Shown in pieces: positions 54,931-64,000 of a DNA stretch of 64,000 nucleotides (the stretch's first letter is position 1; each line of letters starts with the position of its first letter). Both the position numbers and the translations under genes were made by a program. Source of the DNA: Vulcanimicrobiota bacterium. GTDB taxonomy: Bacteria; Vulcanimicrobiota; Xenobia; Xenobiales; JADMJV01. The notes under the pieces were generated by a model that was not told where the DNA came from, made no database searches, and was given only the letters and a program-made list of their open reading frames with translations. The DNA lies in the NCBI GenBank assembly GCA_050250895.1, contig JBFWNU010000001.1:2500891-2564890 (forward strand), read 5' to 3'.

Positions 54931-57393
54931 TTAGGGACGGATCAGCACCCTGGTTTTCTTACCCTTTTTGACGGTCGAGCCATAGGCTACGACCATCTTT
55001 CCCCCGCCCTCGAGAGCCACCAGTACGCCGTCGTCCTGGAGTGACACCACCTGGCCACGCAAGCCGCCGGGTAGTTTGAGCTTGTGACCGGGCTCGGCCA
55101 GTAGGAGGTTTTTGGGAGGTCGCGGCGGCTCGAGTTGCTTGAGAAAGGGCGATGCCTCGCCCTGATTGGCCAGGATGAGTAGCTGGGAGCGGGCCCGGGT
55201 GATGGCCACATGAAAGACCCGGCGTTCCTCTTCTTTGTCTTCGGCCAGTCGATGGGGCATCAGCCCATTGTTGGCGGCGTAGAGGAGCACCGCCGGCCAC
55301 TCCAGTCCTTTGACCCGGTGGATGCTCGAGAGCCGGATGCGGCCCCGCTGCTCGCGCGAGGCCGTCAAGCTCGCTCGCAGCCACTCTTCGAAGCTGGCCG
55401 GATGGGGATGCAAAGAGGCTAACTGCACCAGCGACTGCAGATCGTCGTTGTGACTGCCGGCCCAGCCCGAGTCGCGATCGAGGCTGTCCATGTCGTAGGC
55501 AAGACCCACTTCCAGGCGCACATATTCGAGAGCCGGGCCCACCCCGCCTCGATGCAGCAAGCGGTGCACTTGCTTGAGATCGCGACGATAGTCTTGAAAG
55601 CCCTCCCGCTCCCAATCGAGCCAACCAGCGGCCAACTGCTGCACCTCGGACAGCGACCAATCGGCCCTGGCCTCGAGCGGCTCGAGGGCCACCCGCCGGA
55701 GCTTGCGACTGGGGCGGCGCAGACTCTCGAGCAGGGTGGTGGTGGGAAGGCGACCTTTGAGCGCGTAGGCGGCCCGGAGATAAGCCAACGCGGTGCGGAT
55801 GCCGGTGCGCTCGAGTACCCCCACATCGAGGGGCGCGGTGGTGGCCAGGCCCGCTTCGAACAGGGCCAGTTGCAAAGGCAGCAGGGTGGCGTTGACCCTG
55901 GTCAAGAGAGCGAGGTCTTCGGGTGGGCGGCTGGCGAGCTGGCCCTGGACCCAGCGCACGGCCCGCAGAGCCATCTCGGCCGGGGGAGCCAGTTCGATGT
56001 GAAACTCGCCGGCGGCCTGTTCGGGCGGGCTGAGGATGGTCTTTTTGACCCGCTGACGATTGCGGCTCAACAGGTGCGAAGCAGCGGTGGTGATCGCGGG
56101 CGGGCAGCGATAGTTGACCTCGAGGGCGTAGCCGCTGGCCCCGGGGAAATAGGCCTCGAAGTTGACCAGAAATTTCGGGCTGGCCCCGGCGTAGCCGTAA
56201 ATGACCTGATCGTCATCCCCGACTCCGAACACCTGATAGGCCGGAGCACTGAGCAGGCGAACCAGCAGCAACTGGGCCGGAGTCAGGTCCTGGAATTCGT
56301 CGACCAGCAGGTGTCGGCAGGCTTTGCGCGCCCAGTCGCGAGCCTCGGGCGAAGCCAGCAAATACTCGATGGCGCCATAGATCTGTTCGTCGTGGTCGAT
56401 AGCCCCTTGCTGGCGCAGTCGCTCGCGATAACGCTCGAACGCTCTGGCGAAGCCGGGGATATCGGTGCGCGACGCCTCCACCTGGGCGGGTTGGCGCAAG
56501 CCCATTCTGACCAGGCTCAAGGCCTCGAGATAGGGGCCCAGCGGATCGCGCGAGTATTCGCGGGGCGGTTCCACCAGCCGCGAAAGGAGGCCGCGAATGT
56601 GACGGGCCTCCAGCAGTTGGGCTCCGCCCCGGTGGCGGCAGATGGCGTAGCCCAGAGCGTGAAGGGTCGCCACGCGAGGCTCGAAGTCGCGAGTGCGGTG
56701 GCGCAGCTCCTGGGCGGCCCTTCGGTTGTAGGCGACGGCCGTGACCAGCTCGGATTCGACCCCGCGGTCCACCAGCAGATGGCGTAGACGAGCGGTCAGG
56801 ACTCTGGTCTTGCCCGAGCCGGCCGGCGCGATGATGCGGGCCGGGCCGGCTTTATGCTCGACGGCCGCCAGTTGATCCGGAGCCAGTTCCTGGGGGCGTC
56901 GAGGGCGGGGCTGGACCGTCAGGCGCCCCAGAGCCAGGCTTTCGCGATGAACGCTCGGCAGCGAGAGGGGTTGGCGGGGTCCACCGTCGAGCCACAGGTC
57001 CAGACCCTGGACGCGACAATCGGCCTGCTCCGAAGGGTGAGCTCCCAATCGGGCCGCGGCGCGACTCAGGCGCCAGACGGGTGCTGGGCCCAGCAGGTCG
57101 TAGTTGTTGGCCCACACCAGAAAGAACAGGCGTTCGCTGACAAACTCGAAGTCAGGCTCCAACTCGTAGGGCTCGACCAGTCGTTTGGGGCGCTCGAGCA
57201 ACGCCGCCTCGGCCAGCTCGAGTTCGACCACCAGCCGGCGCCGCTCCAACCAATGGGCACTCAGTGCAGAGAGCACCGACGGCGGGGGATCGGCTGTGAC
57301 TCGCAGGCGGGGATGGGCCTCCCAGCCGGGCGGCACGGCTCCGCCGGGCCGGACCACGATCCCCCGACCCAATTCGTCGGGTCCGGGAAACAC
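54931..57393 (-). CDS. UvrD/REP family ATP-dependent helicase
   Basis: APAGSGKT, VDEFQD, GDDDQVIYGY.GA, NYR, IHRVKGLEW, EERRVFHVAITRA. Confidence 0.93.
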   Translation of the reverse strand: MFPGPDELGRGIVVRPGGAVPPGWEAHPRLRVTADPPPSVLSALSAHWLERRRLVVELELAEAALLERPKRLVEPYELEPDFEFVSERLFFLVWANNYDLLGPAPVWRLSRAAARLGAHPSEQADCRVQGLDLWLDGGPRQPLSLPSVHRESLALGRLTVQPRPRRPQELAPDQLAAVEHKAGPARIIAPAGSGKTRVLTARLRHLLVDRGVESELVTAVAYNRRAAQELRHRTRDFEPRVATLHALGYAICRHRGGAQLLEARHIRGLLSRLVEPPREYSRDPLGPYLEALSLVRMGLRQPAQVEASRTDIPGFARAFERYRERLRQQGAIDHDEQIYGAIEYLLASPEARDWARKACRHLLVDEFQDLTPAQLLLVRLLSAPAYQVFGVGDDDQVIYGYAGASPKFLVNFEAYFPGASGYALEVNYRCPPAITTAASHLLSRNRQRVKKTILSPPEQAAGEFHIELAPPAEMALRAVRWVQGQLASRPPEDLALLTRVNATLLPLQLALFEAGLATTAPLDVGVLERTGIRTALAYLRAAYALKGRLPTTTLLESLRRPSRKLRRVALEPLEARADWSLSEVQQLAAGWLDWEREGFQDYRRDLKQVHRLLHRGGVGPALEYVRLEVGLAYDMDSLDRDSGWAGSHNDDLQSLVQLASLHPHPASFEEWLRASLTASREQRGRIRLSSIHRVKGLEWPAVLLYAANNGLMPHRLAEDKEEERRVFHVAITRARSQLLILANQGEASPFLKQLEPPRPPKNLLLAEPGHKLKLPGGLRGQVVSLQDDGVLVALEGGGKMVVAYGSTVKKGKKTRVLIRP

Positions 57394-58640
57394 TAGATCA
57401 ACTCGACTCGGACCTTGTTGATGATGTAGTCCAGAGCGTCTTCCACCACGCTGGTTTGGGGATGACGAATCAGCACGAAGCCCTCGCCTTCATAAGTGGT
57501 GCCGGCCGCCTGGCCGGGCTGAGGAATACTGACATCGGTGACCATATCGCCGAGGTCGAGTAGCACCTCGTCGATACCGTGTACATCCTTGACCCTGCCT
57601 CCGCCCAGGCCTCGCAAGAAGGCGGTGCCACAGGCATACTGGCGTTCGGCGGGGAGGGTCAGTTCGCCATAGATCATCAGCTTTGACCAGATGACGAAAA
57701 TGTCGATGTCATTGGCCCGGTTCATCATGGTCACGATCTGGGCTCCGGGCGGGCGGGCAGCCACTTCGCCGATGGCCAGGCTGCCATCAGCCCGGCGAAA
57801 CCACTCGAGGTGGGTGAGGCCGGTCTCCATCCCCAGGGCGTCGAGAGCGGCTCGGCCGGCGGCTCGAATGTCGTCATAGACCGGGGCATCGATCTCGCGG
57901 GGAAGAACGATCTTCCATTGGATCCACGGGTTAGAGACCACGTTGAGAGGAGTGGGATGATAGTGGGTCAGCGAGTGCCAACGGTGCTCTCCTCCCAGCG
58001 AGAGCGTCTCGAACGAATGCTCTTCGCCCACCACGAACTCTTCGATCTGCAAGGGGCGTTCGGCGCTGGGGCCGCTGGCCCGCAGAATTTCGCGAAAGTC
58101 ATCTCCGCCGTCCACGCGAAAAGTGGCCTGGGCGGCCGCCCCGTCGACGGGCTTGACACACACCGGAAAGCCAACCTCTTCGATGAACTCCCAGGCTTCT
58201 TCAGCCGAAGTCGCCGAACGATGGCGGGCGCAGGGCACACCGGCTTCGCGAAAGCGGCTCTTCATCCGCCCTTTGTCGCGAAAGTCGCGAATGACCTCCG
58301 TCGACATGCCTTCGACGCCCAGGCGGGCCCGAACTTCGGCCACTGGCACCTGGATCTGCTCGTTGACGGCCAGGATGCGGTGGACGCGGCCGAAGCGTGA
58401 AGCCAGCCGTTCGGCCGCCCAGGTGAGGTGGTCGGCCGACAGCGAGTCGGCGACCTGTTGGTAGGCTACCCGATGGCGCAGCCAGTGGGGAAGGGCGTCA
58501 GGGGGGTCCTGGCTGATGACGGCCAGAGTCACGTCAGGCAGATTCACGGCCGCCTCGACGAACTGCCCAACGCTCGCTTTATAGAAGGGTGAGGCAAAGA
58601 TTACCAGCATCCCCGGCCATTCGGCGGGGAGCGGAAACAT
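57393..58640 (-). CDS. ATP-grasp domain protein
   Basis: RDK..MK, GFP..VKP..G, EEFV.GEE.S, HLEWF, EVAARPPG; start may be 58610. Confidence 0.85.
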   Translation of the reverse strand: MFPLPAEWPGMLVIFASPFYKASVGQFVEAAVNLPDVTLAVISQDPPDALPHWLRHRVAYQQVADSLSADHLTWAAERLASRFGRVHRILAVNEQIQVPVAEVRARLGVEGMSTEVIRDFRDKGRMKSRFREAGVPCARHRSATSAEEAWEFIEEVGFPVCVKPVDGAAAQATFRVDGGDDFREILRASGPSAERPLQIEEFVVGEEHSFETLSLGGEHRWHSLTHYHPTPLNVVSNPWIQWKIVLPREIDAPVYDDIRAAGRAALDALGMETGLTHLEWFRRADGSLAIGEVAARPPGAQIVTMMNRANDIDIFVIWSKLMIYGELTLPAERQYACGTAFLRGLGGGRVKDVHGIDEVLLDLGDMVTDVSIPQPGQAAGTTYEGEGFVLIRHPQTSVVEDALDYIINKVRVELI

Positions 58641-58643
58641 CCC

Positions 58644-59546
58644 TCACCGCCAGTTAGACAAAGGAAACCTCTTGTGATAGGCCTGGTCGTTGAAGCTCTG
58701 GCCGGCGGCGGTCATGATCTTGCGGGTCATCTCTTCGTGGCAAACCGGACAGTAGCTGCCTTCTTGCGAGGACCGCATGACGCATCGATAACTGGGCCGC
58801 CACACGTCGACGCTGCGATAGTAGCCGCCCTGATAGGCGCTCACCAGAGGAAAAGCACCCGGCAGTTCGAGGAAGTGCCCCCACTTGGCCGTCTTGGCGA
58901 TGGTCTTCTGGTCGGTGGGGTCGATGAACTCCGACGTGGTCAGGTTGGCTGGCGCCAGATCGCGACCGCTGGGAATGGGCCGGCGGTCATTGAGGTGCTG
59001 GCTCGAATCGTATTCGTCGCCCAGGTCGCCCACCGAGTGGCCCATCTCGTGGGCCACGGCGTCGTGTCCATTGGTGGTCAGAACCACTAGATTGCCCTGG
59101 CCGTGGGCCCGCCCGGTCAAGGTCGTGAGCAAAATGATGACATCGGCCTTGGGAGCGTTCGCGGCCGCTTTGCGCACCTCGGCCTGACCTTTGATGCTGA
59201 CGTGGTTGCCTGAGGACTCCTCGGAGCCGAAGGCGAAGAGCGTGCTTCGCCCGGCCGCACTACCCGACCCCGTCCCGCGCAGGGACTCGACATAGACCAG
59301 ATGGACCGAAAAGCAGTTGCGCAGTTCTTTGAACGGCGAGACCGACCAGAGGCGATTGAGGGCTCGAGTAGCGTCTTGCTCGAAGACACCCTCGTCCTTC
59401 TTGAGATAGCCGTCGCCGAGCACCACCAGATGGATGGCTCCCCCTTTCTGGACCGTCTTGGTGCGCAGGCCATCGTACTTGAACTGGGGCTCGGCCCAGG
59501 CGCTCGAGCCAAAGAGCAGCAGTAAGAACAGCGTTAGGATTCGCAC
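58644..59546 (-). CDS. M64 (IgA peptidase-like) metallopeptidase, secreted
   Basis: LGDGY, HEMGHSVGDLGDEY, RP...C.MR.....YCPVC. Confidence 0.88.
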   Translation of the reverse strand: MRILTLFLLLLFGSSAWAEPQFKYDGLRTKTVQKGGAIHLVVLGDGYLKKDEGVFEQDATRALNRLWSVSPFKELRNCFSVHLVYVESLRGTGSGSAAGRSTLFAFGSEESSGNHVSIKGQAEVRKAAANAPKADVIILLTTLTGRAHGQGNLVVLTTNGHDAVAHEMGHSVGDLGDEYDSSQHLNDRRPIPSGRDLAPANLTTSEFIDPTDQKTIAKTAKWGHFLELPGAFPLVSAYQGGYYRSVDVWRPSYRCVMRSSQEGSYCPVCHEEMTRKIMTAAGQSFNDQAYHKRFPLSNWR

Positions 59547-59627
59547 GAACTTTCTTCTCCAATCGTGGTAGGCCTCTCTTCTAGGCGGGTTGCGTTTCCC
59601 TGCCCGGTGTGTAAGAATCGGGCGGTC

Positions 59628-60713
59628 ATGACCCTGGAAGTTTTGCAGCGCGAGCTGCTCAAAGTCGGAGGCGTGAGCTTTACCGCGCTGGGATTGATGA
59701 CCGCGGCGGTCAGCTTCATCCTGGTTTTTGTCTTCGCCATTCTGGTCAACCGCCTGCTGGCCCGTGGACTGTCGAAGGTTGCCATCGTGGAAGAGAGCGA
59801 GCGCTACGCCATTTCGCGCATCGCCTACTATCTCATCATCATCTTTGGGGCGCTCGCCTGCCTTGAAGGCCTGGGAATCGCCATCGGTCGACCGTTTCTC
59901 ACGCTCGGCGGAACGAGCATTTCGCTGTTTAGCCTGTCGACCTTTGCCGCGCTGACCGCCCTGGTGCTGGTGGGCTCACAGATCGCCGGCCGGGCCGTGG
60001 CCAACCAGCTGCTCAACCGGTCTCACTTCGACGAAGGCCTGCGCTACGCCATCGGGCGAATTACCTACTACGTCTTACTGGTCACTGGCATGATGGCCGC
60101 CCTGCAGACCATCGGGGTTCAACTGGGTAGCCTCACCGTCTTGATCGGCGCCCTGGGCGTCGGTATCGGCTTCGGCCTGCAAAACATCGTCAATAACTTC
60201 GTCAGCGGTCTGATCTTGTTGATCGAGCGCCCCATCAAGGTGGGCGACTGGGTGGACCTTTCGGGCACCTCGGGCCGGGTCACCAACATCGGGGCCCGCA
60301 GCACCACCGTGGTGACTCCCGACAACATCACCATCATCTTGCCCAACGGCGATTGTCTGGCTAATCAGATCATCAACTGGAGCTTCGGCGACACCCGCAT
60401 TCGCTTCCGTATTCCCGTCGGGGTTGCCTATGGTAGCGATATGGACAAAGTCCAGAAGGCGCTGCTCGAGGCCGGCGCCAAGCACCCCAGTGTGCTCGAG
60501 GACCCGGCTCCCAAGGTGCTCTTCGACGCCTTTGGCGACTCGTCACTCAACCTCGAACTGGCCGTCTGGATCAAGGCAGGCAGCATCGGAGCCCAGCAAT
60601 TGCGAAGCGATCTCAACTTCGCCATCGACAGAAACTTTCGGGCCGCCGACATCGAGATTCCCTTCCCCCAGCGCGATCTCCATTTCCGCAACCTGCTCAA
60701 CCTGTCGAACTAA
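59628..60713 (+). CDS. MscS mechanosensitive channel
   Basis: GALGVGIGFGLQNIVNNFVSGLILL.ERPIKVGD, GVAYGSD, IPFPQRDLH. Confidence 0.93.
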   Translation: MTLEVLQRELLKVGGVSFTALGLMTAAVSFILVFVFAILVNRLLARGLSKVAIVEESERYAISRIAYYLIIIFGALACLEGLGIAIGRPFLTLGGTSISLFSLSTFAALTALVLVGSQIAGRAVANQLLNRSHFDEGLRYAIGRITYYVLLVTGMMAALQTIGVQLGSLTVLIGALGVGIGFGLQNIVNNFVSGLILLIERPIKVGDWVDLSGTSGRVTNIGARSTTVVTPDNITIILPNGDCLANQIINWSFGDTRIRFRIPVGVAYGSDMDKVQKALLEAGAKHPSVLEDPAPKVLFDAFGDSSLNLELAVWIKAGSIGAQQLRSDLNFAIDRNFRAADIEIPFPQRDLHFRNLLNLSN

Positions 60714-60714
60714 G

Positions 60715-61644
60715 TTACTTGGTTTGCCAGCGGTCTTTGGGTTCCATCAACCGGCGGGGAGCCTCGCTCTTGAGCCATGCCTTGGCGGCCGGATCGCCTT
60801 TGAGATAAGCGTCCCAGAAGGCGGTCGAGAGCGCCAGGATGACGCGATGGTGGTTGGGATTACGCCCTTCACCGGGCAAAGACCGATCCGAGAAGGCGCT
60901 GTGTTCGGCGCCCTCGAGCACCAGCTCGTACTTGTCGCCGGCAGGCAGAGCCGGATAGACGCCCAGCCGGGATTCGAGGTCGGCCCCGCCGATGCGCCCG
61001 ATGTCTTTGGTGCCGGTCATCAGCATCCAGGGCAGCTTGACCGTGGCAAAGGCTTGTTTGGGGTTGCCTCTTCGGGGCGTGGACGGACTCATGGCCAGAG
61101 CGGCGTCGATGCGCGGGTCGCCGAAGGTTCGTCCCATAAAGTTCTGGCCGCCCTGGGCCTGGGTGGTCTGGGCCCCGAAGGAATGTCCGCTCATGCCCAC
61201 GCGGGTGAGGTCGGCTCGCTCTTTGAGCGGACCGCGGGCCAGGCCGTCGAGGACGGCCGGAATGTCCTTGACCCGGGCCACATAGTTCTCGAGAGTGGCT
61301 CCGGTTTGGAGGGCGGCCATCCGCTGTCCGACCGGTTCATCGCGCCACAGCGATTCGTCCGAACCGGGATGTTGCACGAAGATGGCCAGATAACCGCGGC
61401 GGGCCCAGTGCTCGCCCAGATACTTGTCGGCGGCCCGAGAGCCGCCCAGGCCGTGGCTGAACAAGACGACGGGCGCAAGCCCGGCGCCGGGCGGGAGATA
61501 GGCCCGGATGGGCAGGTCCCGGTCCCGGCTGGCGTCGGTGATGGTCAGATCGAGGGTTTTCACCGGGGCGGGCGTGGCCTCGAGGGGGTCATAGGCAAAG
61601 GCGGGCGTCAGCGCCAGCAGGCAAAGTAGAAGAACTCTCATCAC
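60715..61644 (-). CDS. Secreted alpha/beta hydrolase (dienelactone hydrolase/PAF-AH-like)
   Basis: FSHGLGGS, GHSFG, TG..D, HSAF. Confidence 0.85.
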   Translation of the reverse strand: MMRVLLLCLLALTPAFAYDPLEATPAPVKTLDLTITDASRDRDLPIRAYLPPGAGLAPVVLFSHGLGGSRAADKYLGEHWARRGYLAIFVQHPGSDESLWRDEPVGQRMAALQTGATLENYVARVKDIPAVLDGLARGPLKERADLTRVGMSGHSFGAQTTQAQGGQNFMGRTFGDPRIDAALAMSPSTPRRGNPKQAFATVKLPWMLMTGTKDIGRIGGADLESRLGVYPALPAGDKYELVLEGAEHSAFSDRSLPGEGRNPNHHRVILALSTAFWDAYLKGDPAAKAWLKSEAPRRLMEPKDRWQTK

Positions 61645-61672
61645 CGGTTGGGACCGGCGAGCCGGCCAGATG

Positions 61673-62011
61673 TTACACCAGGCGACTGCCGTTGGGCACG
61701 GGCCGCTCAGGAACGGCCAGCACCACCGCCCCGTCGGGCTGGTGAAAGCCGGTGACCAGGCACTCGCTCATCATCGGCCCGATCTGCTTGGGCGCGAAAT
61801 TGACTACCGCCACCACCTGTCGGCCCACCAGTTCTTCGGGTTGATAGAGGTCGGTGATCTGGGCGCTCGATTTTTTCTCGCCCAGGTCGGGACCAAAGTC
61901 CACCCGCAGCCGATAGGCAGGCTTTCGGGCCTCGGCAAAGACCTCGCAGGCGACCACCGTTCCTACCCGCAACTCGACCTTCAAGAAATCGTCCCAACTG
62001 ATGAAATCCAT
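61673..62011 (-). CDS. csaA: CsaA tRNA-binding protein / export chaperone
   Basis: [39 protein letters not shown]. Confidence 0.92.
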   Translation of the reverse strand: MDFISWDDFLKVELRVGTVVACEVFAEARKPAYRLRVDFGPDLGEKKSSAQITDLYQPEELVGRQVVAVVNFAPKQIGPMMSECLVTGFHQPDGAVVLAVPERPVPNGSRLV

Positions 62012-62068
62012 GGGGGTCTCCTACCCCTTTCAGCCGGTTTTCAGTCGGTTCGTCTAGAGTCGAAGGTG

Positions 62069-64000
62069 GTGAATCAGCCTAACTCCATTGCGGCGGGAAC
62101 GTTGCGCTATCAGGCTCGTCTCGGTCTCGAGGCTGCCGATAAGCGCTATTGGCGCTTCTGGAAGGCCAACGAGCTGCGGACCGAAGCGGTCGAGCAGGTC
62201 GTCGACCGCCTGGAGAGTTGCGCCCAGGCGAACCAGGATGACGACGCTTTGCGGGTGCTGGCCTGGGCTCGCCAGAGCGGCAGCCTGCCGGCCTATCGCA
62301 AGACCCTCTCGGCTCTGGCGACCGGAGCCGCGGCCGGGGTCGAGCAGCAGGCCGGACTGGCGCTGGCCCTGGCCGCAGGAGACGAAGAAAGGGCCGGGGA
62401 CTATCTCCGTTCACTGGGCCAGCAGCAAGAGTTACCGCGGGCCAGCCAGCACCTGGAACTCTTGCATCGACCGCCGGTCGATGATCGAGAGCTGGCCCAA
62501 CGCTGGCTCGGCTACAACGGCGACCCGCTGCTTGGCCTGAGCCACCTGCAGAGACCTTGCGAGCTGCCGGATGCCTTGAGTGGTGGGGCCGCGGCCCAGC
62601 TGGCCGGCGACCTGATGACCGGGGTGGCCCAGGGCCGTCAGGAGACGCCGCTCGAGCAATCGGTACGCTGGGTTCGCAATCTCGACCTTCCCAGGGGTGA
62701 TGCCATCAAGGTGGCCCGGGATGCGCTTTCCCACACCGGCGCCTGGAAAGACTGGCACCAGAATCTAGAGGCCCGACTCGGTCCGCTTTTCGACCGGCTA
62801 CGCCTGGCTCGTGAAGTGATCGGGTCGGCCGCGCTGGGGCTGGTGCCAGACAGGGATGAGAAGGCGCGGGTGGCGGCCCGGCTGATGCGTCTGGCCGACG
62901 AGCCCGATGTCAGAGTCCTGGGGCAAGCGATGCTGGATCCGGCCGACGGCTGGACTCGCTTCACGGCTTCGGCCACGGCCACGGTGGCCAACGGCAGGAT
63001 ACTGGCCGACGCCATTGGCGCCGGACTAGACCTGTCTGAGCCGAGCGAGCGAATTCGGGCTACAGGGCTTTCTCTAGCCCGGTCGGTCGACTCGCTGGAA
63101 GAGCGAACCCACCTGGCTGCGGGCACTCTCGACGTGCTCAAGGGGCTGGCCGAAGAACAGGTGGCCGGCACGCTCGACCGCTTTCAGCAGCAGATCCTGG
63201 CCATCCAAGACCCGGCCTGGCGAGCGGACCTGCTGTGCGAACTGGCCTCGAGCCGAGTCGAGCCGGGCCCTTTGGGGGCGCTGCGTCTGGCCAGCGGGCT
63301 TTTCTATCAGGGGGCCGGGGTGGTGGCTACCCACGACCGGGAGAGTCTGGTCAAAGCGGGTCTCGAGCGCGCGCTCGAGCTTGACGGCGGACACATTCTG
63401 GCGCCCGCCCTGCGGGAGGCGCTGGCCCATGAACGGCCCTCGCAAAGGCTGGCCCCGATCCTGGCCCTGACCGAGTCGTCGGTATACCAGGTCAGCCAGG
63501 GGGCCGAACAAGGTGACCTCAAGGTCGAGGACGCCTGGGTCGATATCAACGGGATCGAGGTGGCCATCGCCGACAGCGAGCCCAGCCAGGCCGCTCCTGC
63601 GGCCGGCCAGATGCCGGTGCGCACGTCACGCCAGGTTGCCTTCGAGATTCCGCCTCTGGCCGCGGGCTCTCGCACCCGGCTAGACCACAGCAGCCTCAGT
63701 CAACAGCGCCTGGAGGCTGCCCTGGCCAGGGCCTCCCAGCTCGACGCCAACTATAGCAGCAAGACTTCAGCCGTCTTCACAGCGGCCGCCCTGACCAACC
63801 CTGAGCGCATCGATGAGGCCGCCGCCCTGGGAGAACGACTGGACGCCAATTACAGCACCAAAAGCCGCTCCGTTTTCACCCTGGCCGCGGCCGTGAATCC
63901 GGACTTCGCCGATCAGGCCGGCAGTCTGGGGGAAGAGTTCGACGGCGACTACAGCACCAAGACTCGCGCCTACTTCACTCTGGCAGCGGCCCTGGCGGGT
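62069..64000 (+). CDS. Large helical hypothetical protein with 33-aa tandem repeats; runs off the window
   Basis: Hand translation shows no stop from GTG 62066/62069 to the window end; repeats start at 63740, 63839 and 63938. Absent from the ORF track because it has no stop. Confidence 0.75.
   Translation, partial: MNQPNSIAAGTLRYQARLGLEAADKRYWRFWKANELRTEAVEQVVDRLESCAQANQDDDALRVLAWARQSGSLPAYRKTLSALATGAAAGVEQQAGLALALAAGDEERAGDYLRSLGQQQELPRASQHLELLHRPPVDDRELAQRWLGYNGDPLLGLSHLQRPCELPDALSGGAAAQLAGDLMTGVAQGRQETPLEQSVRWVRNLDLPRGDAIKVARDALSHTGAWKDWHQNLEARLGPLFDRLRLAREVIGSAALGLVPDRDEKARVAARLMRLADEPDVRVLGQAMLDPADGWTRFTASATATVANGRILADAIGAGLDLSEPSERIRATGLSLARSVDSLEERTHLAAGTLDVLKGLAEEQVAGTLDRFQQQILAIQDPAWRADLLCELASSRVEPGPLGALRLASGLFYQGAGVVATHDRESLVKAGLERALELDGGHILAPALREALAHERPSQRLAPILALTESSVYQVSQGAEQGDLKVEDAWVDINGIEVAIADSEPSQAAPAAGQMPVRTSRQVAFEIPPLAAGSRTRLDHSSLSQQRLEAALARASQLDANYSSKTSAVFTAAALTNPERIDEAAALGERLDANYSTKSRSVFTLAAAVNPDFADQAGSLGEEFDGDYSTKTRAYFTLAAALAG

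Overview
GC-rich bacterial chromosomal window, mostly housekeeping and cell-surface genes: CarD, Crp/Fnr, S41 protease, dusA, fused glyQS, ppdK, trxA, csaA, MscS, UvrD, vapBC, an ECF sigma/anti-sigma pair and 11 type IV pilin-like genes, including two paralogous 4-gene cassettes. The gene content is reminiscent of Eremiobacterota/Vulcanimicrobiota; this is an impression only. The standout is 28950-35345. A 1.1-kb palindromic repeat array is followed by a consensus sigma70 promoter and a 68-aa ubiquitin-like protein ending in a free Gly. Next come three circularly permuted tRNA-like (YrlA/Y-RNA-like) RNAs and two unannotated small ORFs. Two paralogous Ro60/TROVE-like + vWA genes follow, with a non-permuted tRNA-Asn-like RNA between them whose anticodon loop is replaced by a ~165-nt rod. 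About 9 kb downstream is a coupled gene pair: a protein with an E2-like 'GICL' cysteine motif and a ThiF/E1 adenylyltransferase. Together these suggest a Ro/Y-RNA ribonucleoprotein system linked to ubiquitin-like conjugation. The motifs and base pairings were read by hand from the sequence; the family assignments and functional link are inference and untested.
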